This document shows, piece after piece, positions 24,500 through 35,852 of a DNA stretch of 64,000 bases. The stretch's first letter is position 1. The number at the start of each line of letters is the position of its first letter. The stretch is from Raja brachyura. Its lineage: Eukaryota. The DNA lies in assembly GCA_963514005.1 (NCBI GenBank), contig OY740799.1:11098001-11162000 (forward strand), written 5' to 3'. Under the pieces are notes generated by a model, which saw only the letters and a program-made list of their open reading frames with translations, made no database searches and was not told the DNA's origin. Position numbers and translations under genes: made by a program.

Positions 24500-24606
24500 C
24501 CAGGGATTGGCTGCAGTTCCCAGATCAGCTCGTGTCCCCGAGTCTGGCTGCAGTTCCCAGGTTGGCTCGTGTCCCCGGGACTGGCTTCAGTTCCCAGGTC
24601 GGCCCA
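24500..24606 (+). repeat. Minisatellite of about 37 bp x 3
   Basis: The unit ggctgcagttcccag..gctcgtgtcccc is repeated three times. Confidence 0.8.
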
Positions 24607-24935
24607 CCTGCCCTTACACCGCGAAAACAAATTGGAAAAAAAGCACGTGGTTATTCGGGTTAGGGGCCGGATTTGGCCCGTGTGCCGTAGGTTGCCGAAC
24701 CCTGTCCTAGATGTTTGGCCTCATTGTGGTCCCTCCCATGTTTTACAACCGATTCACCTGGTTAGTTCCATCTCCGGCTGCTTCATGTTGTCAGCGGCTG
24801 CACATCCAACCAAGAAAGAATTGCACGCAATGTCACCCACAGCCACCAACTGACGTGCTTCACCGGACTGCACAGATCTCTGTGATGTGGTGCAAAAAGA
24901 CAAACTGTGTAGGGACTGAAGACAGCGTCAGAATT

Positions 24936-24997
24936 CTGTCATGAGCGAGGATGTGACAACACACGCAGAGGGAGACACATACACAAAGGGAGAGAGA

Positions 24998-25073
<76 letters not shown>

Positions 25074-25725
25074 GATAGACAGNNNNNNNNNNNNNNNNNN
25101 NNNNNNNNNNNNNNNNNNNNNNNNNNNNNNNNNNNNNNNNNNNNNNNNNNNNNNNNNNNNNNNNNNNNNNNNNNNNNNNNNNNNNNNNNNNNNNNNNNNN
25201 NNNNNNNNNNNNNNCTGTCATGAGTGAGGATGTGACAACACACGCACAGGGAGACACATACACAAAGGAAGACACACGCACACGAAGACAGACAGACACA
25301 CACACAGGGAGACAAAGACACACACACACAGGGAGACACGCAGAGACAAGCACGCGCACACACAGGGAGACGCACACAGACACGCACACGCACATATAGG
25401 AGGACACACTCGGACAAGTACACACACAGGGAGACAGACACAGACGCACACACACACCTTTCCTTCCCCCTCCCTCCCACTCCCTCTTTCCTCCCACTCC
25501 CTCTTTCCTCCCACTCCCTCTTTCCTCCCACTCCCTCTTTCCTCCCACTCCCTCTTTCCTCCCCCTCTCTCTCTTTCCTCGCCCTCCCTCTTTCTCCCCT
25601 TTCTCCTTCCTCCCCTTCATCCCCTTTCTACCTTCCCCACCCCCGTCTCTCTTAGCCTCCATCCCTTCCCTTTTTTCTTTCCCTTGCTCTCTCTCTTTCT
25701 CCCCTCCATCTCTCCCTCTCTATCC
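24936..25725. repeat. (CA)n / CA-rich and CT-rich low-complexity block with an assembly gap (N 25083-25214)
   Basis: (AC)n run, degenerate CA/GA repeats, and (ctcccactccctctttc)n. Confidence 0.95.
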
Positions 25726-26071
25726 CAGACGCCCAATGGCGGGCATGGTGTGGATTGGCGGCGCTGGCGCTGCCGTGTAAGTTGAAGGGAGGGAGTGAGG
25801 CTGCAGCGGCGGCCGGCAGTGCAGCACTCACAGCTGGCGCACAGAGGCGCTGACACCCGCTGCCCGGACCGACGCGCTTCCCCAGACCGCACAGATCGCT
25901 GTCACGTGGCGCAAAGAGACAAACTATACAGCAAAGATCCTATAGCAAAGGACGGAAGTGAGCTGTGCAAGGACGGAAGTCAGCGTGAGAACTCTGTCAT
26001 CAGCGTGAGGGCGTGAGAATTGGTTGCAATGCGTGATTCTCACGCTCAAAGCGTGAGAGTTGGCAGCCCTG

Positions 26072-27265
26072 CCTATACGGACTTGAGCAAGGCATTTGAT
26101 AAGGTTTGCAGGGTAGGCTGCTCTGGAAGGTTAGATCGTATATGAGCCAGGACAAACTAGCCGACTGGATAGAGAATTGGTTTCATGGAAGGAATCAGAA
26201 AATGATGGTTGTTTTTTTCGGCCTGGAGGCCTGTCGCTGTGGGTATGTTTCAGGGATCGGGATCGGACCCATTGCTGTTGTGATTGAAATCAATGATTGG
26301 GATGGAATGCAGAAGGTATGATTAACAAGTTTACACCCCAGCAGTATGAACATTGACCTCCAATTTCAAGTAGTCCTTGCTTTCTCCCTCCTTCCTCTTC
26401 CCTTCTCAGCTCTCCCACAGCCCACTGTCTCCGCCTCTTCCTTTCCTCTTCTCTCCCCCCCACCCACATCAGTCTGAAGAAAGGTCTCGACCCGAAACGT
26501 CACTTATTCCATCGCTCCATAGATGCTGCCTCACCCGCTGAGTTTCTCCAGCATTTTTGTCTACCTTTTCCAGCATCTGCAGTTCTTTCTTAAACAAGTT
26601 TGCAGATGTCATTTAAGTGGGTGGTATTGTAGATAGTGAAGATGGTTGTTAAAAAATCATGGCAGGATTACGATCATCTGAGTAAGTGGGCTGAGGAATG
26701 GTTTATGGAGTTTATTACGGATAAGTGCAAGGTGTTCCATTTTGGGAAGTCAATTCTGGGCAGGAGTTTCACTATGAATGGCGAGTCTCCGAAGAGTGTT
26801 GTAGAGCAGTGGGATCTAGGAAGGCAGGTATTTAGTTCCCAGAAAATGGTGTCGCATGTAGATGGAGTGGTCATGAAGGCTTTTGGTCCATTAGCTTTCA
26901 TCCGTCAGGGTATTAAGTATAGACATTGGGTTATTATGTTACAGTTACATTGATGTGGCCGCATTTAGAGTATTGTGTTCAGTTTTGGTTACCCTGCACA
27001 GGATGTCGTTAAGCTGGAAAGAGTGCAGAGAAGATTTACAAGGATGTTGCCCGGACTGAGCTATAGGAAGAAGTTGGGCAGGCTAGGACTTTATTCCTTG
27101 GAGTGTAGGAGGCTGAGAGGTGATCTTATAGAGGTGTATAAAATCATGAGAAGACTAGATAGGGTGAATGCACAGTGTCTTTTATCCAGAGTAGGGGAAT
27201 CGTGAACCAGAGGACATAAGTTTAAGGTGGGATGGGAAATATTTATTAGGTACCTGAGTGGCATT
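26072..27265 (+). mobile_element. Degraded CR1 LINE (continuation of 21712-22114) with an inserted Penelope terminal fragment at about 26335-26595
   Basis: DLSKAFDK, KCKVFHFG, LERVQRRFTRMLPG, RGDLIEVYKI. Confidence 0.8.
26474..26501 (+). ncRNA. Minimal hammerhead ribozyme motif
   Basis: agt-CTGAAGA-aaggtctcgaccc-GAAA-cg-TC-act, with flanking AGT/ACT able to form a short stem I. Confidence 0.5.
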
Positions 27266-28129
27266 GTTTAAGTCATTTGGTCTATTTTCATTTTCACATT
27301 ATTCTTTCCTTTACTAGGTAATGAAATATATTTGGATACTGCGATGCTTAAGAGGCAGCTATTGTAGTCATTCCTACAAAATAAAACCATCTATTAGAAG
27401 ACTGCTCACTTCAGGTACAGTATTGTACGGTAGGACGTCACCTTTTTGATCTAATGAAAAATGATATATGGTTTGTTAATTTTTTTTAATGCTATTTAAT
27501 GATATCTTGCAACATAATCAATTTTAATTAATAAATCCGCTGAAAGGAATGAGAAGACGCTGTTAAACCCTCCATAATTTCCAGTTCATTTACATAATGT
27601 CACATAATGTATACTGAGTTCTGTAAACGTTTATAGTGAAAGTGAATGGTGTCGATGTAGTGTAATAGATTTTTAAAAGCTCACAAAAAAATTATTTGAA
27701 ATTCAATTCAACATATACAGAGCATTAGGTTAAATTTTCTTTTCAGTTCCCTTTTCTCCCTCTTCTCCCCTCTCAAATGGGGCAAACTGTACAGACGAGT
27801 GATAACGCACACCTCCAGATTCAGGGGCAGTTTCTTCCCAGCTGGCAACTGAACCATCTTACTGCAACTAGAGAGCAGTCCTGAACTGCTATCTACTTAA
27901 TTGGTGACTGTGGAAGACATTAATTTAGAGGAAAATGAAAGGAAAATGAAAAGTGGAGACTTTGCAGGTCAAGAGACTTTATTGCATGACATCATGGAGA
28001 GATGGCGGCAGTTACCTGCTCAACAGTTCTCTGACTTCACAGCAGAATTAGCCGACAGTTATACTGTGCAGTAAACAGCTTTTGTTTTTTGTTAGATACA
28101 ACTAACAAAAAACTAAAGTTTTTTGGTGA

Positions 28130-28945
28130 GGTGTGGCGGCGCCTCACGGCAGCGGCTCTCTACAGTCGTCCATCTTTTTTAAATTTTTGTCTTGTTAAAT
28201 GTATGTCTTGAGCTTAGTTTTTATTATTTTTTAGCTGTGTATATGTGGAGGAGGGGGGGGGATGTGGGGGAAACCGTTAGTTTCTTCCCTGTACGGGGAC
28301 CCGACTTTTTACCTGTCGGGTCTACGGTGTCGTTTTGCCGTTGGGTCATGCTCGGCTGGGACCCGACATTGGAGCTTTGGAAGCTCCGGCTACAGGCCCG
28401 GTGGACAGGAACATCGGGAGCTCCAGGTCCCTAGTGGGAGACGGCTTTTCGGAGCTCCTGCAGCGGCAACTTCTCTCGCTGGAATCGCAGGGTTTGGAGG
28501 AAACGGAGCGGGGCCTAACATCGCCCCGCGAGGGTTAGCGATCCACGGGACTTCCGCCGGGGGCACTATCATCAGAGCCCCAGTTCGCCTAGACGCTGCA
28601 GTTGGACTGCTGCACCACAGGGTTTAAAGGACACGGAGCCGGGGCGTAACATCGCCCGGCGTGGCTTAATGTCCACAGGACTTGCCATCGTCCGCCGGGG
28701 GCTTTAACATCGGAGCCCGAGTTCGCCAAGACGCTGCAGTTGGACTGCTGGACCGTGGGTGAAGAACAAAGGGCAGAGATAAGACTTTGCCTTCCATCAC
28801 AGTGAGGAGGTGTGGAGACTCACTGTGATGGATGTTTGTGTAAACTGTGTTAAGTGTGGGTCTATGTAATGTAAAAAAACTGTAGAAAATGAAATTTCAT
28901 TCAAACCAAACTGTTTGAATGACAATAAATAGCATTCTATTCTAC
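28130..28945 (+). mobile_element. GC-rich non-coding non-autonomous retroelement with LINE-like tail
   Basis: 5' ggcggcgcctcacggcagcggc, internal duplication, core tttgccttccatcacagtgaggag, 3' gacaataaa plus a short tandem tail. Homologous to 58330-59180 (-) and 60130-60458. Confidence 0.65.
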
Positions 28946-29099
28946 TGTATGAAAATGTACTATCTACTACATGGGTACCAATTATTTAATTAGTCATAAC
29001 ATACTTTTTGTTAATGTCAATCTTATTCAACAACAGATGGTTAATACGAGTCAAACACAATACAAGGGCATCTTGACATTATTCTATCTCACCTTTTAG

Positions 29100-29300
29100 G
29101 CGGACGGCGCCACAATCCCCTCTCCGAGCCAATCATAAGCCCTCCATTTACTGCAACGTATCTACGTAACTAGTGGTAGGGGGCGGAGGTGGTCTACTGT
29201 AACACACTGCTGAGATAAACAAGCTTCCTTATCTCCGTCTGCTATTTCATATTTACATTTACCATCAACCCTTCAACGCATTCCTAGATAAGAGGTAATA
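29100..29300 (+). promoter_or_regulatory. Candidate alternative promoter and 5' UTR exon of the ACOT gene
   Basis: CCAAT box (gccaatc, about 29128), GC box (ggggcggag, about 29180) and donor ag|gtaata at 29294/29295. Confidence 0.4.
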
Positions 29301-29953
29301 CGTCTAATTTTACTTAGCCAATTCCCACGAACCTCTTCTAAACCTGGTCAACGATAGATGCCAATTGTCACAACCAAACACCCTTTCGTTACTTTGTTCA
29401 ATTCCAATCAAGTAAACTTTATTTGTCACATACACATACAAGATGTACAGTGAAATGAAAGTGACAATGATCTGCGGGATTATGCAAAGCAACAGAACAA
29501 CAGAACCAGTATTTACATTTTTTTTTTAAAGACACAACAGTAATTACTCCCATGTGAGATCAGAGTTTACAGTCCTAATCCAAATTTAGTAAGAAAGGAT
29601 AATAATATTTTCTTCCACAGTGACCCTTGGACTATCTTTGATCAGACTTTGCTGGGTTTATCTTGCAGTAAACGTTATTCCCTACTGTACACTGTGAATG
29701 GCCCTATTGTAATAATGTATTGTCTTTCCGTTGACTGGTTATCACGCATCAAAAGCTTTTCACTGTACCTCGGCACACGTGACAATAAACTAAACTGAAC
29801 TGAAACGGAAACTTTTCTCCTGTTGGAGGAGATATTGAAGTGATGCAAAAAAGGAGCACCATTAATGACGTTTTCTGATTGCAATATTTTTTTAAACAGC
29901 ATGGAGAACTACAGTTTAAATTAAAGCAGAAATAAATGGATGGGTTAGTCACG

Positions 29954-30161
29954 CAGTGGTTCCCAACCTGGGGTAAATTTACCCGGGGGTGAATTGTTGA
30001 TTCTGGATTTGTACATATTTTTTCTCATTGACTGACTGTGTTTGGTTCTGGTATATCGGTATCTGTTCATCATTAGTTGTTCATAAATAAGTGAAATAAC
30101 ATTGTTATGTACTATTAAAGTTGCCAGGAGTAAATGGGACAAAAAAGGTTGGGAACCCCTG
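29954..30161. mobile_element. hAT/Charlie-like MITE
   Basis: TIRs CAGTGGTTCCCAACC / GGTTGGGAACCCCTG. Confidence 0.7.
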
Positions 30162-33100
30162 AGTTAGTGGAATGGCCGTTTATTCATTTTAATGTTAGAA
30201 AATGTGATGCATGCATCTTGAAAGATTAAATACAGATCTTTGTTTGTACCTCCCTATAAATGACTATGTTCAACAAGATCAGAATAATGAACAGTACATA
30301 ATTTCTTGTCATTTAAAATGTTTAAAACATTTTCATGAAGACTTGACCAGAGTTTAGAAATGTATATAAACCAATAGTTAAAATTGTAGTGCATCATGCT
30401 AACTAGGAGTTATAAAAATGAACTGCAAATGCTGGTTTATATCAAAGCTAGACACAAAATGCTGGAGTAACTCAGTGGTTCAGGCAGCATCTCTGGAGAA
30501 AATTATGGGTGACTTTTTATGGTCAGGAAGAAGTGTCCTAAAGACAGGTTCCGACCCAAAACATCACTCCAGCATTTTGTGTCTCTGCTAATTTGGAGAT
30601 GTACATATCGAATAAACATTAAAGTTAGAGTGTCCATGGAGCATAAAATTAGAACAGGAACTGGAAAAAATTAGCTGGTCACAAGCATTCCATGACTTAC
30701 AAAACAGGAGCAGCCCTAAATACAAATTTATAAAGTTATTTTGATCTATCTGAGCTCCATTGACCAGGCCTTTCTGAGTTAACCTCATCCATGAGACTCA
30801 CCCTCGGCTTTCTCTGTCATGTTACAATTAAACTGCAAATCAGCTATTTTCCCCCTCATGGCCCTACATGGTGCTGCTGTAAATGGTGCCATACCTTCAG
30901 GCACTGTGCTGAAAGGATTTCAATCATTGTGTTTTGTCCCTGCAGAAACTCCATTCCTTTGCCAATGATGTGATGCAGAATCTTATGCGGGTCAAAACCA
31001 TTTATACCCAAAAGCTTCAACATGTTACTATTCTATTATAAATATTGAATATTTCTACTTCTGCAATACCAAGGGGGAAAAAGGAGAGCTGCTCGAGGAT
31101 CTCAGCAGGTTGGCAGCATCTAATTAGGGAAATGGACAGTTGCAGTTTCGGGTCCAGACCATTCATCTGGACTGCTTCTGTAGTCTCTGCGCGTACGAAA
31201 AGGCAAAATCATGGTTCTTGGAATAAAAAAAGGAAAATACTGGAAAGGGATAAAGGTCAAACATTATCTGTGCAAAGAGAAACCAAATAATTGTCTTGGG
31301 TTGATAACGGAATGGAAAAGCTAGACAATTAAAATTTTAAGATGGGTGAGAGATTGCCAGGCCCTGAGAAAAATATACCAGTTTCTTAAAAGGAACAAGA
31401 GAAGTAATCACATTGGCACTGGCCATCATTTTCCCTGGCAGCAGTGTAGTTCCAGAAGATTATAGATATGCTAACATTACACCACTGTTTAAAAGTAATG
31501 ATGGTAAAAGTAAAATGGGTAATTACCATCCAATTAATTTAAATTTATTTGTGAAAACATTATTGGAATCATTTCTGAGGGGTGGAATAAATGTTAATTA
31601 TCCATGCTACCATGGCACAGATGGCATTTAAATGAGGGGGCGGGGGGTGTAGTAGTTGCAGGGAATAGCATAGGAACAAGTTATTCTTTGCAGAAGAGAT
31701 AGAGTCCTGAAGGCTGTTACTTGCCAGTGCCTGAGTAAGAACATTTATTCTACATGGGAGAGGGAGGGAAAATATTAAATTATTATGACATATGTAGGTA
31801 TAAAACTGGAAGGATGTTTTGGAAGGATTATGAGTAGTTTAGGGAAAAAAAATAGAATTGAAAAACAGCTTCAAGATCACTAACTGGGCCATATGCAAAC
31901 TAACAGGGCAAATAAGAATGCTAAATGTGTGGCTCAAACGTATGCAATAACTAGGTTCTGCTGCTGTGGGCACAGACACCATTATTGGGGGAAGATATGA
32001 CTTTTCTGTTGGGAGAAGCTTAATTTGAACAATGCTAGCATGAGAATTCTGGGAAATCAAACTATAATAGGTTGGATTTTTTATTAAGTAGAGGGGAGAT
32101 ATTCCATCTGGCGGTAGTTTAATGAATCAAAAAATAATCAGAGTGCACTGGTGGTAAAGGGTGAATAAAGATCAAAGGATGATGGAAGGGGGTCGAAAAT
32201 ATATGCAAAAGCATCAAGCTGAAATTAGAACCAAAGAAAGCAGCTACATTTATAAAATGTCAAAGCTTAATGCTCTAACTGAATGCATGTGGCGTTTGGA
32301 ACAAGATAGACAAGTTGAGGGCATTATTGGAAATAAATGAGTTTTATTTTATAGCAATTACCATTCTGGATTACCATGGTTACCAGAATATTTAACTCAA
32401 TGTTTCAGGTCATTTGATAGCCCATAAAGAAAAAGAGGTGGCTTGGCATTGTCAATTGATAAAGGAATAATTATGGTAGTGAGTAAAGATTATAGTGCAG
32501 TGGATTGGTATTTGTTGATTATTGTTCTGAGCAACAGTGAAAAACACGGGGACGTCTCCTGTCATAATATGTATCAGTGACTCGGGCTTAGACTCTTTCT
32601 CAACATTTATCATCTGTGGCTTCGCTCTATAAGCTATAATAAATTTGGAAAAACACACACTTGGGGGCCCCTATAGTCATCTAATGAGTAACCTCGCACT
32701 TACTTTCCATTCTTACTTTCTATACTTTATTGCACCTACCCAAACACACAACACATAAGAATATGCACAGATGGCCGCGGGCCTAGTGCTGGAAGTGAGT
32801 GTTGTGCTGGATAATTTATTGACTGGCGCAGAGCCTACATTTTGTCATAATTTTTAAATGATTCTATGAAAGGATGAGAAGATCAAATATGTGATGTTCA
32901 AAGACGGAAGGAATGGAAGATGATGTTAATGGCTCAAATCAAGAAAAAAATGTCTAGAAGAGGTAGATTGGAATAGCTGAATCATAATTTGTATTCAAAT
33001 CCTTCAAGTTGTGGAAAGCAATGGCTAAAAAGTCAAAATGGGAGTGGCAAAGGGATCAAAAATTAAAGCAAAAGGTAGGTTGAAACTTGCTCACAATGCA

Positions 33101-33501
33101 GACTGAACAGACATGTTCTGCTGCATGCTTTTCCCCTGGTATTGAGGAAATGTTACAGTAAATAACATGAAGATAACTAACTCGAGATAAGTATAAATAA
33201 AGTGTTGTGTTCTCATGGAAAACACATTTGGACTTTGAATAATGTGGCTCAGCGTTTCATTTAATTGGTAATGATTGAATGGCTTAAACAAGGTAAATTC
33301 GTAGATCAGTAATTCATCCTTGGCATGAACTGAGTTGAAGAGTCTGATAACAATGGAAAGAAGTTGTTCTTAAATCTGGTGGAACATGGTTTTGTGTCTT
33401 CTGCCCAACAGGAGAGAAGAGAGAATTTCCGGGCTATGATAGGCTCTTGAATACAGTGCCCTCCATAATGTTTTGGACAAAGACCCATCATTTATTTATT
33501 T

Positions 33502-35852
33502 GGGTTACACAAAAAGCTGGAGAAACTCAGCGGGTGCAGCAGCATCTATGGAGCGAAGGAGATAGGCGACGGTTCGGGTCGAGACCCTTCTTCAGACTGG
33601 TCAGGGATCAGGGAAACGAGAGATATAGACGGTGATGTGGAGAGATAAAGAACAATGAATGAAAGATATGGAAAAAGTATCGATGATAAAGGAAACAGGC
33701 CATTGTAAGCAGTTTGTAGTGTGAAAATGAGAAGCTAGTGCGACTTGGGCGAGGGAGAGATAGATAGAGAGAGAGAGAATGCCAGGGTCCGAGGACTGAG
33801 GGAGAGGTGGGAAGGGGAGGAGGCAGCAAGGGTTAACAGAATTGAGAAAATTCAATGTTTCAGCCCAGAGGATGCAGAGTCCCCAAGCGGAATATGAGGT
33901 GCTGTTCCTCCAATTTGCGGTGTGGCTCACTCTGGCCGTGGAGGAGGCCCAGGACCGAGAGGTCGGATACGGAATGGGAGGGGGAGTTGAAGTGCTGAGC
34001 CACCGGGAGGTCGGGTTGGTTATTGCGGACTGGGCTGAGGTGTTCGGCGAAACGATCGCCAAGCCTCCGCTTGGTCTCACCGATATAGATCAGCTGGCAT
34101 CTGGAGCAACGGATGCAGTAGATGAGGTTGGAGGAGGTGGAGGTGAACCTCTGTCGGACCTGGAAGGACTGCTTCGGTCCCTGAAAGGAGTGGATGGGGG
34201 AGGTGAAGGGACAAGTGTAGCATCTCTTGCGGTTGCATGGGAAAGTGCCCAGGGAAGGGGTGGAGCGGGGGGGAAGGGGTGGAGCGGGAGGGAAGGGAAG
34301 AATTGACAAGGGAGTTATGGAGGGAGCGGTCTTTGCGGAAGGCAGACGGGGGTAGATTGGAAGATGTGGCAAGTGGAGGGGTCACGTTGGAGGTGGCAAA
34401 ACTGGTGGAGGACTATCTGTTGTATGTGCCGGCTGGTGGGGTGAAAGGTGAGGACCAGGGGGACTCTGCCCTTGTTGTGAGTGGGGGAATGGGGAGAGAG
34501 GGCAGTGTTGCGGGGTGTGGAGGAGACCCTGGTGCGAGCCTCATCTATAGTGGGGGAGGGGAATCCCCGTTCTCTGAAGAATGAGGACATTTGTGATGAC
34601 CTGGTGTGCAACACCTCATCCTGGGAGCAGATGCGGCGTAGACGGAGAAATTGGGAATAGGGGATGGAGCCCTTACAGGAAGCAGGGTGGGAGGAAGAGT
34701 AGTCCAGGTAGCTGTGGGAGTCAGTTGGTTTGTAGTGGATGTCGGTCAGGAGTGTATCACCTGCAATAGAGATGGTGAGGTCAAGGAATGGTAGGGAAAT
34801 GTCGGAAATGGTCCAAGTGTATTTGAGTGCCGGATGGAAGTTGGTGGTGAAATGGATGAAGTCAGTCAGTTGCGTGTGGGTGCAGGAGGTGACACCAAAG
34901 CAGTTGTCGATGTAACGGAGGTAGAGGTCGGGGGTGGGGCCCTGGTACGCCGAGAACAAAGATTGTTCGACGTGCCCGACAAAGAGGGAAGCGTAACTGG
35001 GGCCCATGCGTGTACCCATAGCTACGCCTTGTGTTTGGAGGAAATGGGAGGAGTCAAAAGAGAAGTTATTGAGGGTAAAGACCAACTCCGCTAGGCAGAG
35101 GAAGGTGTCAGTGGACGGGTATGGGTTGCTCCTCTGGTCGAGGAAGTACCGGAGGGCTTTGAGACCATCCTGGTGGGGGATGGAGGTGTAGAGTGACTGG
35201 ACATCCATGGTGAAGATGAGAGGATGGGGGCCTGGGGAATGGAATGTGCGGAGCCGACAGAGTGTCTGAGGTGTCTTGAACATAGGTGGGGAGGGATTTA
35301 ACAAAGGGGGATAGGATGGAGTCAAGGTATGTGGAAATGTGTTCGGTGGGGCACGAACAGGCAGAGACAATGGGTCTGCCGGGGCAGTCGGGTTTGTGGA
35401 TTTTGGGGAGAAGGTAAAATCGGGCCGTGCGGGGCTGGGAAACGATGAGGTTGGAGGCTCGGAGGCGGTAGGGAGCCGGAGTTGATGAAGTCGGTTATGG
35501 TGCTCGAGATGGTCCAGGGGTAAGTAAGAGGAGGTGTCCGAGAGTTGGCGAGTGGCCTCCGCTTTGTAGAGATCGACGCGCCAGACTACCACGGCACCTA
35601 CACAAAAAGCTGGAGAAACTCAGCGGGTGCAGCAGCATCTAAGGAGCGAAGGAGTTAGGTGACGTTTCGGGTCGAGACCCTTCTTCAGACTGGTCAGGGA
35701 TCAGGGAAACGAGAGATATAGACGGTGATGTGGAGAGATAAAGAACAATGAATGAAAGATATGTAAAAAAGTATCGATTATAATGGAAACAGGCCATTGT
35801 AAGCTGTTTGTAGTGTGAAAATGAGAAGCTAGTGCGACTTGGGTGGGAATAA
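33502..35852 (-). mobile_element. Penelope-like element (RT + GIY-YIG) with direct terminal repeats
   Basis: RT motifs DVQSLYTSI, GVAMGTRMGP, YLRYIDN, FLDL; GIY-YIG motifs NLIYCI..YIGET..RFAEH. Repeats 33506-33749 and 35599-35843; TSD atttatttattt. Confidence 0.93.
35661..35688 (-). ncRNA. Minimal hammerhead ribozyme motif in the Penelope terminal repeat
   Basis: CUGAAGAAGGGUCUCGACCCGAAACGUC; the sister copy at 33568-33595 has GAAC in place of GAAA. Confidence 0.6.

Larger units (their letters stand above)
22115..26071 (+). mobile_element. Composite hAT-like non-autonomous DNA transposon, copy 2
   Basis: TIRs CAGGGCTGCC(T/A)AC, TSD-like cctatat/cctatac splitting a CR1 RT coding stretch, GCGTGAGA subterminal repeats, and an extra internal right end at about 24043-24133. 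Confidence 0.8.

Noticed and set aside
24500-24606. CRISPR-like repeat array
   Set aside because: The units are tandem with no unique spacers, there are no cas genes, and the context is eukaryotic.
24936-25270. Direct duplication ctgtcatgag...gtgacaacacacgca on both sides of the gap
   Set aside because: It may be an uncollapsed overlap at the assembly gap.
24860-25662. Long Cys/Val-rich and Gly/Arg/Glu-rich ORFs
   Set aside because: They are translations of (CA)n and CT-rich repeats spanning an N gap.
33842-35191. Plus-strand ORFs inside the Penelope element
   Set aside because: They are antisense shadows of the GC-rich RT/GIY-YIG frame.
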